From assembly GCA_907165135.1 (NCBI GenBank), contig OU015568.1, positions 14,657,092 to 14,701,770 on the forward strand: a DNA stretch of 44,679 bases. The letters are read 5' to 3'. Numbering within the stretch: position 1 is the first letter of the stretch; each line of letters starts with the position of its first letter. Shown piece after piece: positions 22,952 to 38,360 of this stretch. Both the position numbers and the translations under genes were made by a program. Source of the DNA: Oikopleura dioica. Taxonomy: Eukaryota; Animalia; Chordata. The notes below the pieces were generated by a model, which did no database searches, was not told where the DNA came from, and saw only the letters and a program-made list of their open reading frames with translations.

Positions 22952-24150
22952 ATGGGTTGCTGGTTTTCGAGAAAAGGCCAACCGGTCGAGGAAGAGCAGG
23001 TTGAGGAAGCCCCGAAAGAGTATTCTTGGGACAAAAGAAAAAAGGAAGACAAGTCGAAGTTCTACGTTAGAGATGTCGAAAATATCGAAAATTCAGTTTG
23101 CAGAAAGTAAGTTAAGAATTAGACGATTTTATATCTTTTTTTAGCGATGTAAAAGATCTACCGATGACGATAGAAAACTGCAAGTCCTGTATCATCTTTC
23201 TCAATTGTCTGTGTAAAGAAGTTACGATTGACAACTGCCAAGACATGAAAATTATTACTTTTGCTTCAGGTTCTGTCTATATCCGCGACTCTAGGTATCT
23301 TTACCTCCCAAGTAGGCGACTTTAACCTGTTTTAGCAACGTCGAGTTGGTCACGATTTGCGGGCAGCTTCGAACTCGCGATTGTCGCTCAATGCGTCTCT
23401 ATCTTCATTGCCCCACTCAGCCAGTAATCGAAACAACTCAAAAAGTGACCACTTATCCACTCCCGATCGACTTCGAGAGCATCGAAGAAATCGTCTCTGA
23501 CTTCGGTCGTTCGAAGTTTTTAAACAACTGGGCAGATGTGAGTCGCAATCGTGCTTTTGTTTCGCTAGAATTTTCATTTCAGATTCATGACTTCGGCCCA
23601 GTGGACCATGCAGGGGAGCCGAACTGGGCGCCCGGAACGGACGTCGAAATCGCGCTCAAAGAGGTTTTCGACGAGTTTAATGATACTTTTGACTCTTCGC
23701 CTCGACTCTCGCTGGAGAGAACGATTTTCCCTCAAGTTGCGTATCCATATCCTTCTGCTGCCGAAGTTAAAGACGAGATGGTTTTTGCGCTTTTCGCTGG
23801 AGAGAAATCAGAAGAACTCGCAACGAACTGTTACTACAGAGTCACGGGGACTCTTAAAAAGGGTAAGTGTTATTTATTTTACTTCAAAGAATTATCCCTT
23901 CCCAGCAAAACTAATAAGAAGCACCGCCGGAAAATTGTCTCCCCTGAGTCTGCCAACCCGAGCCCAAAAGTCTCTCCAACTCTCGGAAGGCTCACAAATC
24001 GTCATCCTCATTTTCGAGGGCCAATTACTCGCCACTGAAATCTCCAGCGAGGCCGAGCCTGGCTGCTCATTTTTCGCTTTTGGGGACGAAGCACGCACCG
24101 AATATGACAACTTCTTCAATACTTCTGCCTTCGGCAATCACAATCTATGA
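22952..24150 (+). CDS. RP2: XRP2 (TBCC-domain ARL3 GAP)
   Basis: MGCWFSRK (dual-acylation motif), PKEYSWDKR, the beta-helix VTIDNC...GSVYIRDS...CGQLRTRDC (arginine finger)...TQPVIE, FLNNWADIHDFGP and an NDK-like C-terminus ending YDNFFN. Confidence 0.92.
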
Positions 24151-24237
24151 TTTTTAACTTTTTTAAATGTGAAATTTATTTTTGTAAAATCCATGATAAA
24201 CTATCCAGACAAACCTAATACAATTTCTCCATATAGA

Positions 24238-25077
24238 ATGATTGACCTGCTTTACTGGCTTTTCAAAATCATCAAATTTGTGAGCAATTGGCGCTATAGA
24301 GTGAGATACAGTTCTATGTGCGGAAGCAAGGATTGCGCTCGCTGTGGTCGCCGCCCTCTTCAATACGAAATCCGACTCGCTCTCTTGTTCTTTCACTGGT
24401 TCAATTTCAAAGCGGCGAAAAAGTCCCGGCTCTGGGAGGCAAATCCTAACGGCATGTGGGGATTTCTTCAATATGGAACGATCCTTGACATTCCTGGAAT
24501 CAAGTCTCGTCCAGTCAATAAATTGGACATTACGCATCAGGATTTCTACTACATGAAGTATAAAGAGATGGAGAGCACTTTGGTATGGAATGAAGTTGAA
24601 AAATCGGCCGGGTCTTGGAAAATTGCGAAGATTATTGACCAAGGACAGTGCGCAGAAAATTTCGATGGATCTTTGGTCAGTCATTTGGCAGAATTCGTCC
24701 CGTCAAATATTCTTTTCAACGCTTCGTTTTCGAAGTTGACTGTTGACCTGTCGAAAATCGGTGAAGAAGATGAAGAGCTAATTGCTATTCATTTTGGCTG
24801 TACGACTGCAAAGTCCAGGGTGCACATTCCAATCGAGATCGACGAAGAGATCATCGACAATGTCGAAATTCTCGCCGGTGGACATTCCATGACTTGGAAA
24901 ACCGCTTTCGACCTCGATGACAGCTACGCACACTTGGTCAGATTTAGGCCGAAACCGGGCATGCCAAAGAAGGGGATCTTCTCTAGAACTGTTCTTATTT
25001 TTGACCGCTGGCAGCCAGATTTAACTCACATCGAGCGAGATGAAATCAACTTTGTCGCTGAAAAACTTCTCTGCTAA
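24238..25077 (+). CDS. Aspartyl/asparaginyl beta-hydroxylase domain protein (ASPHD-like), intronless
   Basis: IAIHFGCTTAKSRVHIPI...WK...DDSYAHLV...RTVLIFDRWQPDL...ER aligns by eye to AspH VWPHTGPTNCRLRMHLGL...DDSFEHEV...RLIFIVDVWHP. The ATG at 24238 follows an acceptor-like TAG. Confidence 0.78.
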   Translation: MIDLLYWLFKIIKFVSNWRYRVRYSSMCGSKDCARCGRRPLQYEIRLALLFFHWFNFKAAKKSRLWEANPNGMWGFLQYGTILDIPGIKSRPVNKLDITHQDFYYMKYKEMESTLVWNEVEKSAGSWKIAKIIDQGQCAENFDGSLVSHLAEFVPSNILFNASFSKLTVDLSKIGEEDEELIAIHFGCTTAKSRVHIPIEIDEEIIDNVEILAGGHSMTWKTAFDLDDSYAHLVRFRPKPGMPKKGIFSRTVLIFDRWQPDLTHIERDEINFVAEKLLC

Positions 25078-25168
25078 CTAATTTTGTACATAGTCTCTAG
25101 AACAGATAGACATCCCTTTATTTTCGATGACCGATGAGATCAGATTCTGATAGTTGAATTTTTAGAAA

Positions 25169-27179
<2,011 letters not shown>

Positions 27180-27532
27180 TTCACAGACAAACTACTGTAT
27201 CCCTTTCTAGTATTTTAGCCTTTTTAGGATCAATTATTCCTGAGATCAGTGTCACAACCTCACTCTCTTCAAACCTTGTTTTTGAATGCTTGAAGCTGAG
27301 CACCACATATTTGTTTTTATTTGATTCCGCCAAGTCAACGATTATTTTACACTTCGTAAAGAACAAAACTGACCGATTTTAGCAACTGAAAATACCACCA
27401 TTATAGTTCATACTTCCTGTGTCTTTCACCTATACTTTCAATACATGTTTTATTTGATAAAAGAACCCTCCAGTGTCTTTCTCGATTTTTGCAGAAGCAT
27501 GATCAGGTTTAGTTAAGAAAAAACATGCGGCT

Positions 27533-30500
27533 ATGGTGTTGACAGTTCCAATCGGACTGTGGTCAGGTCGGAATGTCAACTGTAAATGTACCTGCTTCGG
27601 TCGAATCGAGTCCAACCTTGACAATGTCGAGTACTGGATTTATGCTACCTTTGAGAGCGGCCAGATCTTCATTTGGAAGGTTTCCGATCAGAACATCATC
27701 CACAAAAGCGTCCTAATACAGGACTCTGATGCATCTCCGATAGTGAGCACATCATCTTACGGGAAGAATCATCTAGCAACGCTTTCCCTCTCCGGGTTAA
27801 TTCAGTTTTGGCATGTTCCTTCTGGCCGCGTAGTATTCTCAATTCAAGCGTCTGATCGTCTTGGAGGTCTTGTTACTCTCTCTGAAACATTGATAGCTGC
27901 TTTCGGCGAACTCAGTGAAGTCCTTGTTTTCAGCACAAAAACTGGAAAGCGCGAGTTCTCACTTTGCTGCCGTTTGTACCCGGACTGGATAACTTGCGGG
28001 GTCTCAATAAATGTCCCCGATCTATCAGTTTTGCTCGGCATAACGGCAGGTGGAACTTTGAAAGTATGGCGCGTCTCAACAGAGCCTCAACAATCGCTAG
28101 AAGAGCCACTTTGGGAGGAAGAGTCGAAGCAAATCCGATCATGCGAGCATCCGATTGTTCTGAAATTAAGGAGCGAATACGCCCTTGTCGTCTGTAAGAA
28201 GTCCTTCTTCATCTTGGACTCATCGGATTTTTCAAGCATATCTTATCAGTCGATTGATAGCGATTGCCTCGTCGATGGATTTTTCCTTCAAGCAAGTTCA
28301 AACTTCGCCATCGTGTCGGAGAACAAAGCTCTGAACTTGTCATATTTCACGATCTACTCAACAGCGAACCTTAAGCCTCAAAGTGCGGATGACCAATCTC
28401 CGCAGCTCATTTGGCGAACGTCTGCTCCCCTGCACTCGAACTTTCAACTTTCTGGAAAACGTCTTCATTCAATTGCTCCTTCTCTTGAGATCTCTACATA
28501 TGTAGCGCAGGAAGATTCACTAATTGAGATAGCTAAAACTGCTTCTTGCAGTGGAGTTGAAGGCGAACTTGATGTATTTTGCACGAATGACTCCTACATC
28601 ACTGCGGTTTGCTTTGTTGAAGAAAAGGATACCCTCATATTTGGTCGTTCTGATGGACATCTTGTTATCGCTCCTGCAATTCCTTCTTTTGCAAAATGTG
28701 TTTTTGATATTAACGAAGACGTAGATGTCTTTACATCTGCAGTAGCCAATTACGCCGAGATCACTTGTCTCATGTACCCATACCAGCATAACACCGCTTC
28801 ATATGACGACGATGTCTTTTTGTTGGTAGCGCCGACTTCTCTGTCTCAGCATGGTCACTAACACATAAACAAAAGTTGGTAGAATTCCACAATCACATGG
28901 CTCCACTGCTGAGTCTCACAATTTGCCCGATAAAAGTCGGAAAATCAGCTGGCACGGCCGTTTCGATCGATGTCGATGGCGGAATCTGCGTATTGCATCC
29001 GAAGACGCACCAATGTCTTCTTTCAGATCCTGGCTTTGGTCAAGCGATAATTGATGTCGCTTGGACAAATGATGGGTACCTTATTGTCACTCGTGAAGAC
29101 GGATCATGCAAGACATGGGATGCATATTCGATGGCTCTTGAACGGGAAACTTCTTCCTCTCAAGCGAATGAAATTCAGTCAACAGCTGAGCTATATCCCC
29201 ATGATAAACCTCCGGCAAGGAGGCAGCAGCTCATTTTTGTCCAACCAATGTTTCTTGATCAGCTTGATTCTCCACCAATTCTCAAGTGTTTATCATTTCA
29301 CTTCGATGTCGAAAAAATGGTTCAAAATATCATCCAGCACTATCGACTTAATCAAACAAGTAACAAGAAAATGCCATCGCGTCAAGCCTCTGAAGACAAA
29401 TCACAGCCAAATTTAACCAATACTCTCAAGACAACAGGAATGCAGTTATTTTCTAGCGTCCAGTCAAAAATTAAAGAATCGCGCTCAGGTCGCCAATCTC
29501 CAGCAACTCCGACCTCACCAAAGTCTCCTCAACAACAAGCTACATCGCCATCGAAACTTTCCTTATCAAGCGCACCATCACTAGATACTTCTGAAAGTGC
29601 CATCTTGGGACCTCAATCGTTAGCATTCGGACGTATTCTTATCATGACCTTGCATGCATGGGGACTTCAGCCATCTCTTGATGAGCTTCTAGTGACGATG
29701 ATATCCTTTGCGCGACCGAAAAAGTCACTGATCTTTGGAGTCCGTCGTCAGAGCTGCTGTGTTTTCTTTTTCCCTGAAGAACCAGACAATTTTAACGAAC
29801 ACTGGAACATTTCAAAAGACTTGACGAATCTCCATCTCATGTCGATTGGTTCTCTTTGCAACAGTTTGATGAATTTGTCCGAAGAATTCCTCGGTGATGG
29901 TAGACAGTGTTGGTCTGGACTAGTCACTCTCCACTGCGCCTTGCTAAGCGATCTATTAGAAAAGTACACTCCTCCCGCTCTGGAAACACTGGCGATTCGC
30001 TGGTCTGATCGTGTGCAAGAAATTCGCGAAACGGGACAAAGCCTTCTTCTTGATCAACTAAGACGTAATGACGAAAAGACACGTGGACGCATTATCCAAC
30101 ACTTCCTCAATCAACTTTCATCATCCAACATGCAAACAAGTAATACTGCCGTTGTCATCCTAGGCGTGCTTGGTGCTGAACTCAACTGCCTCGGTCAATC
30201 AACAACAAGAATCATTGCTCAGAAGCTGCTCTCTCTTCTTGATGCCAACGATAACTCAATTTCAAAGAGGACAGCTGTTGAACTTCTTGGTCGTGGCTTC
30301 CATATCTGGGAGCCTTTCGTTGAGCCTGCAACTGTTCTCTTGGCTCTTATGGAAATGACGATCAACTATGAAATGGTGGAGCCACTATTTAACAAGAAGG
30401 TGATGGTTTCGCCAAGCGCGGAGCTCTGCCGTGCTTCGCATAGAGCTCTCTGTCAAATCGCCCGATCAAAACCCAGCGTCTTCATCACGACAATAGGTAA

Positions 30501-31335
30501 CGCAATGAATTAATAACTGATAAAACATTTCTGTTCGTAGGACGAGAAGTAGCCCGCCATACTGCCGCAATTGCTAATCCAGCTACCTCCCAGAAATTTC
30601 AGCAGTCGACGCTTGTCAAAGCCAAAAATGAAGTGTTGCGGATAATAGAGTTTTTGGCAGAAATGCTGCCCAACGAGCTGTCTCTGCTTATATCTGAGGT
30701 ATTGATATCGACAAAATTGAGAAGTCTAATATTTTAAAGGTCGTTGACATCGTTCTGTTTTGCTTGGACTCTCAAGCATTCAAGAAAACGAGGTTATCTG
30801 ACGCTTTTCCTCCACTGCAAAGGTACATTGATACTGCCCCTTATTTGTTATAAATTGCTGTTAGATTTCATATGCTGTCATTCTGCAATAACACCAGAAG
30901 AATAGCGGCTGGGACGAAGAATGGGCAGATAATTGTTTATGACTTGAAGACTCTGAAAAGTCAGGTGGTTTCCGCTCATCGAGGCGCAGTATCTGCGCTT
31001 TGTTTTTCACCGGATGGAAAATACTTGGCTACGTATTCAAATGGTCTATTAGAAGATTATTTGCATCGTTGTAAATCATTTATTCTAGTTGAAAATCAAT
31101 TGAGTTTCTGGGTGATGGTATCGTCTATTTTTGGAATGGTTACTTCGCATGTGAAATGCGTCAAATCTGTTGGAACTGTGCCGCTGAGAGTATGGTGTGT
31201 CTCAAATTTCTAGTTACAATAATTTTATAGGTTTCGTCGAGCAATATTTCGGAAAACCCGAAGCTCGTCTGGGTCAATAAAGAAGTCGCAGTTCTGCTGA
31301 ATTCGGACGGCTCAGAATATCGCTTTACGATATAG
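27533..31335 (+). CDS. WDR7: WD repeat protein 7 / Rabconnectin-3 beta
   Basis: N-terminal VPIGLWSGR...GQIFIW; RWSDRVQEIRETGQSLLL; KRTAVELLGRGFHIWEPFV; FHMLSFCNNTRRIAAG...HRGAVSALCFSPDGKYLATYS; ends SDGSEYRFTI*. Apparent frameshift at 28817-21. Confidence 0.92.
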
Positions 31336-31557
31336 AAATTATATTCAAGGACGTTTCATTTATTTATACTTGTGTACTTTATATCATCCTGATTTCTTCA
31401 TTGCTTCTTCAACTCGCTATCTGCTCGTTCTGTCTGTCAATCCACTAGACTGTACTGTTTATCGAAGTTACTGCATGTGCAATAAACTGAATCGAGAGGA
31501 ATCCTCTCGTACCATATTTATTTAACTTATAGCTAAGATCTCTTGTTTAGTATAAAA

Positions 31558-33060
31558 ATGGTGCAAATCAATTACGAGGTCAGGCTAAAAAGCAACGCAA
31601 AATATCAAATGACAGAAATAGAGGATAGTCTTCGGAGCATCTTCGAACTATTCGACGATGGAGTTAAAAGCTTAATTCCGAAACAAGACAAGGAAAAGAT
31701 CATGAACGCGATTAACGAGATTATGGACGAAACTGAGACGAAAGATCTGCTGGAAGCGTTGAACGTCGTGGAAGAGTGCGTTTCTGAGGTTATGATTTGC
31801 GAAGAGAGCGAAAAGTACAGTGATATTCCTAATACTGCCCTCGGGAAGTTCTATTTGTACACCATGGACAAAGCTGAGGGAGAAGAAGAGCACATTGATG
31901 AGGAAGAAGGTAACATACTCTCGCCTTATTTCAAAACTAATTTATCTTCTGAAGATGGCGAAATCGCTGCTTGCCAGACATGGATGTTACCGAACAAGGC
32001 GTTTTACGGACTGTGGGAGTCGCTGCACTACTCATCATCGCTCAAAACCGATCTCATTCAATACGCGGAAACATCTTTTCGGCTATCGCAACTAGGAGTC
32101 AGCAACACGCTCATTAGCTGGAACAAAGTCATTCTTTTTCATGGCCCTCCAGGCACTGGAAAGACTTCCATCGCTCAGGTACAAACCTTTAATTGCTCAA
32201 AAACAATCATTTCTTTAGGCATTTGCTCAAAAATTAGCGATTCGACAAATAGGCGGCTATCAAAATACGGCACTTGTGGAGATCAACTCACATTCTCTCT
32301 TCTCAAAGTGGTTTTCGGAGTCAGGCAAACTTGTTCAGAAAATGTTTTCTAAAATAAGAGACTATGCGGGTTAGTTGACGCTTTCAGATCACGACTACAA
32401 CTATTTTAAGATGACAAGTCGATCATGACGATCATCCTCATCGACGAAGTAGAGAGCTTAACCTCTGCTAGATCGGGTTCCGCGAATGAGCCAGCAGATG
32501 CCGTTAGAGTAGTCAATGCTGTTCTTACGCAACTGGACTCGCTGAAAAAGTACCCGAACGTTCTCGTTGTTTGCACATCGAACATCACTGGCAAAATTGA
32601 TCTGGCATTCATCGATCGCGCCGACATGAAGATTTTCGTTGGACCACCAGAGCCAAAAGCTATCTACACTATCCTCGAGTCTGCGTTCAACGAATTATAT
32701 CATAAAGGCATGATTACAGGCAAATATTCCTTACGATCAGAAGGATACGACCTGCCAAAGTAAGAGCGGTTTTCATGCTCGGTGAATATTTTTAAGTCCA
32801 ACTGACAGCGAGAGAAGCCTTATTGCGATCGCCGACAGTGCTCAAGGAATCAGCGGACGCACGCTTCGAAAGATACCATTCCTGGCCTTGATGAAGTACT
32901 GCGCTGGAGCTCAACAGGTCACTCTTGACAACTATCTTAACGCTGTCGAAAAAGCCATCGAAAGCGACAAGGTTGAGAGAAAGCATCTTTCTGGTAAAAA
33001 TAACTCTCTTTTCTTTCAATCACTATTTATTTAGATGAAAACCCGAAGATGGAAGCCTAG
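31558..33060 (+). CDS. TRIP13: Pachytene checkpoint 2 / TRIP13 AAA+ ATPase
   Basis: [84 protein letters not shown] and [14 protein letters not shown]. Confidence 0.96.
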
Positions 33061-33184
33061 CCGTTCACCTACATTTTACTTTTCACATTCCCTTTATCAA
33101 CTTTTCACATCACAACTGCCACGTGCCATCGAGTTCAAATAAAAGGCATATCACGATTCCCAATAAAAATATTTTTCATTAAGA

Positions 33185-34519
33185 ATGGACCTTTTGCTTC
33201 CGAGCAATCTGTCTCTTCCATCGAATGGAAATGGTCTTATTGTAGGCGCCCTGTATTCGCCTGGTAATAATAACAATTAAAAACAATCTGGTTATTTCTC
33301 TCTAGGAAAATTGTTAATACAAAATTTTGTGGAAACTCCTTCTCAAGATAAAGAATCTGAGTGTGCCTTGTATGAGCATATTTACAATCACACAAGAGAA
33401 GTCATCGCTCGGCTTAGCGGTGGAATAAACGTTCTTGGAGGCTTCTTTGTTGATGAGAAAGAAAATAGTGACTGGCTAAAAAGTACGAAGAAATTAAGAC
33501 GGGAGGGACATATAGCAAACGAGACAATCTTTGCGTACATCGAAGGTAAAAATCTGTAGTTTATTGAAAATAACCCGGCATGTTAGATGGAAGTATTCGG
33601 GCCAAACGTATTCGAGACTCTGGAGATGTTCAAAAAGTAGAAGTAAAGACTGTGTCTTCATCAAAATTCCCCTGACACAGATCCGCTCCCAAGCATCCTT
33701 TCAATTTTCACTTCCCATCGTTTCCAAATCGCAGAAAATCTACGCCTCAGAAGTCGGGAAGCAAATAACGAACTTCGCAGTCGAAAAATTATCCAGTTTC
33801 GAACTCTTCGTCAATAATAGATTCAGCGAAAATGGCGAGCTTGTTATTCCAAAAATGCGTCAACAGTTCCTGAATTTCTGATGGCTGATATCTATCATGA
33901 AGGTCATGATGCGCCGATTCAATTAGCCGATAGTCCCTCTATGAATTTACAAATCTCTATTGCCGTAAGAGCTGCTATCACTAGAAAATCTTCCATAAGT
34001 GATTTGAAAGAACTGATCAGGTAATCCTTCGTTTTATCTTCACTCCTAAAACTCAACTAGAATGGATGTACAGCGCTCGTTATCGAAAAGATTTGAGATT
34101 TTCACCGAGGATCTCATCCTAGAGCTCGATGAAGACAACCCTCTTATGACAAATGGAATACTGGCTAGACGAGTATTCACATCAATCAATGGTGGCTTTC
34201 CAATCTCGTTGTACGAGAATTTTCAAACAAAAGCAGGCGACGACCTCGAGTTTATCTTCAACATATCAGAATCCACGGAACCCTTCGAGGTTAGTGCTCG
34301 AGAATCTTTATCTTTTATTATGTTTCTTTTTAGTATGCGGAACCAGAAGTAAAAAATACGACCGATATAGACAGACTTCGCGATGAAGAACAATCATCAA
34401 CTAAAATTTCTAATAGCAACCCCTCGAGTAACAACTCGCCCAACAAAAATATAATAATGGCGCTCTTGGTCGCTATCTTAGCTGTAATTCTTTCACTGTT
34501 ACTTTCAAGGTCTTCGTAA
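33185..34519 (+). CDS. ODR4: ODR-4 homolog (ER tail-anchored GPCR maturation factor)
   Basis: GLIVG...FVETP...EHIYNHTREVIARLSGGINVLGGFFV (compare EHACQVSRMLPGGLLVLGVFI), LARRVF, and a C-terminal TM IIMALLVAILAVILSLLL. Confidence 0.78.
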
Positions 34520-34573
34520 AACATAATAATAAATAAACATCACTCCTCTTATTATTTTCTTTTAGACTTGATC

Positions 34574-35200
34574 ATGTTGCGAAGCTCTCGATCATTGATC
34601 AACCGATTTGCCTCTACCAAAGTCTTCTTTGACATCAACGCTGGTGGAGAAGGTACCCAGCGTATCACCTTCAAGGTTTTTGATAGTCGATTCTATTTCT
34701 TATATATTGAGTAGCTTTATGATGATGTTGTGCCAAAAACTGCCGAGAATTTCCGTCAGCTGTGTACTGGAGAAGCTGGCTTTGGATACAAAGGATCCAG
34801 CTTCCACAGAATCATCAACGACTTTATGGCTCAGGGCGGGGACTTTACTGCTGGCAATGGCACTGGCGGAAAGGTACCCAAACAATAACATGCTTGCTCT
34901 TATAGTTGATTCAAGAGTATCTACGGCCGAACCTTTGCCGACGAAAACTTTAACATCCGGCACGAGCAGCCCTACCTCCTTTCGATGGCCAATGCCGGTC
35001 CTAACACTAACGGCTCGCAGTTCTTCATCACTTTTATTCCCTGCCCATGGCTCGACGGCAAGCATACCGTCTTTGGTGAAGTTGTAGATGGCAAAGAAAT
35101 CGTTGATATCATGAATAAGTACGGCAGCCAAAGTGGCCGACCTAGAGCGAACTTCACTATTGCCGACTGTGGCGAGCTCAAGGAAGACGAACTTGACTAA
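34574..35200 (+). CDS. PPIF: Cyclophilin-type PPIase with mitochondrial presequence (cyclophilin D-like)
   Basis: Presequence [14 protein letters not shown]; [49 protein letters not shown] and [10 protein letters not shown]. The family is certain; the PPIF assignment rests on the presequence. Confidence 0.85.
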
Positions 35201-35322
35201 ATTATTTATTTCTGTTGTTCGAAATTGCCTTCGCTGGCCATCTGCCTGACGACTTTAGAATAAATTACCACTCAAAACTTGAATTTCACGAAGATCGCCA
35301 TGTAAATCATTCTGATTTAGAC

Positions 35323-36903
35323 ATGTCTCGAGCAGTGGGATGGGTTTCGTCGCCCTCGGATATCACGAAGGCGGCATTACAAAGGGCGGACCAAAGTTCA
35401 TTTTCATCCTAAGAACTCATGGCCCAACCTCTTTCACTTTGAAAGACGGCTCATCTGTACGAGAGCAGCAAGCTGACGGAAACGGTGGTTCAAGCGCGAA
35501 GGTATGCTACCGTATAAACTCTGGTTAACCAAAACCTAAATCAATGATTTTAGCGAGTCTATAAAGTCACTCTTGGCGCAATTCATAGTTGCAGTTGTAT
35601 AGCTTTCAAGCGCGAGCGCACTATCTGCAAGCATATTTGTTGGGTGCTGCTGAAGCGCTTTCGAATGGCTAAATCAAATCCACTGATCTGGCAAGGAGGG
35701 TTTGTCCCCCGCGAATTCGATGAGCTTCTCCGCGGGGATCATGCTCGAAAAGAAACGAAGCCGGTGGAGCAATCTGGCGATTCTGAACAACCATCTGAAA
35801 GTGGCCCTACTCCTGGAAGAGCACTCAATGCTGACGATGTTTGCCCTATTTGCCAAGAAGAGCTTCTTGAAGTCCGCATGCCTATCACTTGGTGTCGATG
35901 CTGCAATAACGCTGCTCATATTCGGTGTATGAAGGTCTGGGCAGAGCATCAAGACACAATGCAACGCGGCGATGGTGGTGACATTCAATGCCCTTATTGC
36001 AGGCAAACATTTGCACCAAAAGAGCAGCTACGACGTGAATTCACCAACACTTGGGAGAGGAAAAAGCACAAGGATGTCATTCATAGCGGCAGCGTTTGTG
36101 CCGATTGTTCGATGACGCCGATAAAGGGAAAACTCTACATAGGAATCGGAGATGCTGTGAATTTATGCGGTCAATGCTATCGTAATGGAGCAAGGCCACA
36201 TGTTCGATTCAATGTCCGTGAGCGACCGGGACAGAGTCTAAAACCAGCAAAACGAAACTTGGCGAATCACCAACTAACGCTTGAGCTCCAAGGCCGCGAA
36301 ATCCAAGAAGAAGACTACGAACGACTCCTTGAGCTAGACCGACCCGCTTCTCCTGATAGACCTGGGGTTCCAGATCATGTTTTGAACTTACTGCCTTGCC
36401 ACAAAGTGGGTGCTAATCAGCGGCTACTCAAAGATGGTATGCAGTGCCGAATATGTTTACAAGCGTTCGACCCGGCGCATTATGTCAAACGATTGGACTC
36501 TTGTAGTCACTACTTTCACCGTGATTGTATCGATACTTGGTGTCAAAATCATACAGGTTTTTATTATAAGACGGAATTTTATCTAATTATTCTTTCAGAG
36601 TGTCCAATTGATGGCAAGAAGATCAGACTACGACAAAAGAAGCCCAGAAGAACAAAAACCAATATCGACATTCTTGAGACCCGACAACGCTCTGCCTTCG
36701 CTCCACGTCGGCCAGCTGCTAAGCTTTTGGAACGACGAAGAAAATCAGAAGCAAACTTGATCTCGCCAAACATGTCGGATCTGCTCGTTACAACACCTAT
36801 TCGTGTCGCTGGATCCTCTTCGCAGTTGCCAATTACCGACGATATCGAGGAAATCAACCCGATTCCCTTGATAAATTTCCGTGTTCGCAATATGCGACTT
36901 TAA
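35323..36903 (+). CDS. ZSWIM2: SWIM/RING/ZZ/RING E3 ligase ZSWIM2 (MEX)-like
   Basis: ILRTHGPTSF; SWIM HSCSC...CKHICWVLLKRF; RING CPICQEEL...HIRCMKVWAEH...CPYCR; ZZ HSGSVCADC; RING CRICL...FHRDCIDTW...CPIDG. Apparent frameshift at 35401-04. Confidence 0.9.
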
Positions 36904-37001
36904 GTATTTACCCCAAGTGCCCATTGATGCTTGCTTTCTTATATTTCTTTATATTTAATAAAATATATTTTTGTAGAAATGATTGAATCGCTCTTTTTAG
37001 A

Positions 37002-38096
37002 ATGTCAGATTGGGGTGGGTTTTCGGACGCAGAACTTCGCCACCTCCGAAGTGGCGGCGATTCAACAGCGACCAAAGCTAAACCAGCCTCGTCCAAATCG
37101 CCGAAAAAGGCACTCGCCGCTAAAAAGACCTCAAAGCCAAAACCGCCGAAAAAATTACCTGATGAAGCCCTCCTTCCTACTAGTACAAACGCTGAACCAG
37201 CTAAACAGGAACCCAAAGAAGAAATCCAAGTGAACAAAGTTGACACCTCATCAAATCAACCTGAAGTAGTAAGTTTGCGAATCAGCTGACTGTTTTTGAT
37301 TGAATTTAGCCGGATTTTATTGAAGAAGAAGTGGCCGAGCAAAAGAAAAAGATGGAGATCCAAGAAGTCGAGAAGATCCAAAAAGAGATGGAGGAGAAGA
37401 ATAAAAGGCGAAGAGCCGCTCTAGCTCAAGAAGTCATCTCTCGCCAAAAGAAAGCTGCATTGGAAAGCAAAATGCTCGCGACGATTCAGGATGAATTAGG
37501 TTTGATTCAATATGCTTTCGTTTTGGAAATTTGTATTTAGTTAAATTGGATAACCTGCTTAATGCGGACGTTGCCGTAATCCGCGATCAAATCGACAAGG
37601 CTTGCGTAGAATTTAGCGAAGCAAATCGTCGATTTCAAACAGCAGAGAAAGAGTACGTCGATGCTAAGTTCGACCTCCAGCAAAAACTGAGACAAAGGTA
37701 GGGGAAAATTATGGAGTGAGTCAAGTCATCATTGAAGGACAACCTGACCGAGCATCTCATGGATCTGATCCAGATGAACGAAGAGCGGAAACAGAAAAAG
37801 CTCGAAGAGTTGACATTCAAGCTGAGCATGGACCCAGAAATCGTGGCGAAACGAGAGGCAGAAGCTGCGGAGAAACTCCGACTGGAACAAGAGGCGAAGG
37901 AAAAGGCAATCGCTGAAGCAAAGAAAAAGCAGCTGAAGAAGCTGAGAAAAATTCACAGAGCACTGAAGCACCTGAAAACACCACTGAAAACACTGAAGAG
38001 GCGGCACCTGCTGCCTCTCCGACGCCTCAAGAAATCTCAAGAGATCAACCTGCTCAAGACCTATCAAAGCCTGCTGCTGAAACTCCATCGAGCTAA
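37002..38096 (+). CDS. GORAB: RAB6-interacting golgin
   Basis: MSDWGGFSDAELRHLR; MEEKNKRRRAAL; LDNLLNADVAVIRDQIDKA...EYVDAKFDL...LTEHLMDLIQMNEERKQKKLEEL. Apparent frameshifts at 37682-86 and 37924-28. Confidence 0.92.
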
Positions 38097-38360
38097 ACAC
38101 TATCGAATCGATTTTACTATCTCCTTTAAGTTAACAATTACGCTTTCCTTTAAAACTTGACACCTTCGCCTTTATATGGGATTTCTGCAATATACACCTT
38201 CTTCTTTCAATCCTCCCTTGAATATCAAACAGCATATTCACGGTTTAAATTTCTGTTTCTTTTCTGTGCCTTCCTTTAAATATATATAATCTGTTGATTC
38301 ACAGTGCTCAAATTATACCCAGAAATCATTTGAGCGTATTTTTGATAGTTTATTTGCATG

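Noticed and set aside
27181-27366. Antisense 61-aa ORF between CCT5 and WDR7
   Set aside because: It has only a TTG start, no convincing upstream exon in frame and no recognisable motif. It overlaps the CCT5 3' region and WDR7 promoter.
34608-35181. Long antisense ORFs over cyclophilin (and similar shadows over CCT3, CCT5 and HMMR)
   Set aside because: These are shadow ORFs caused by codon bias of highly expressed sense genes.
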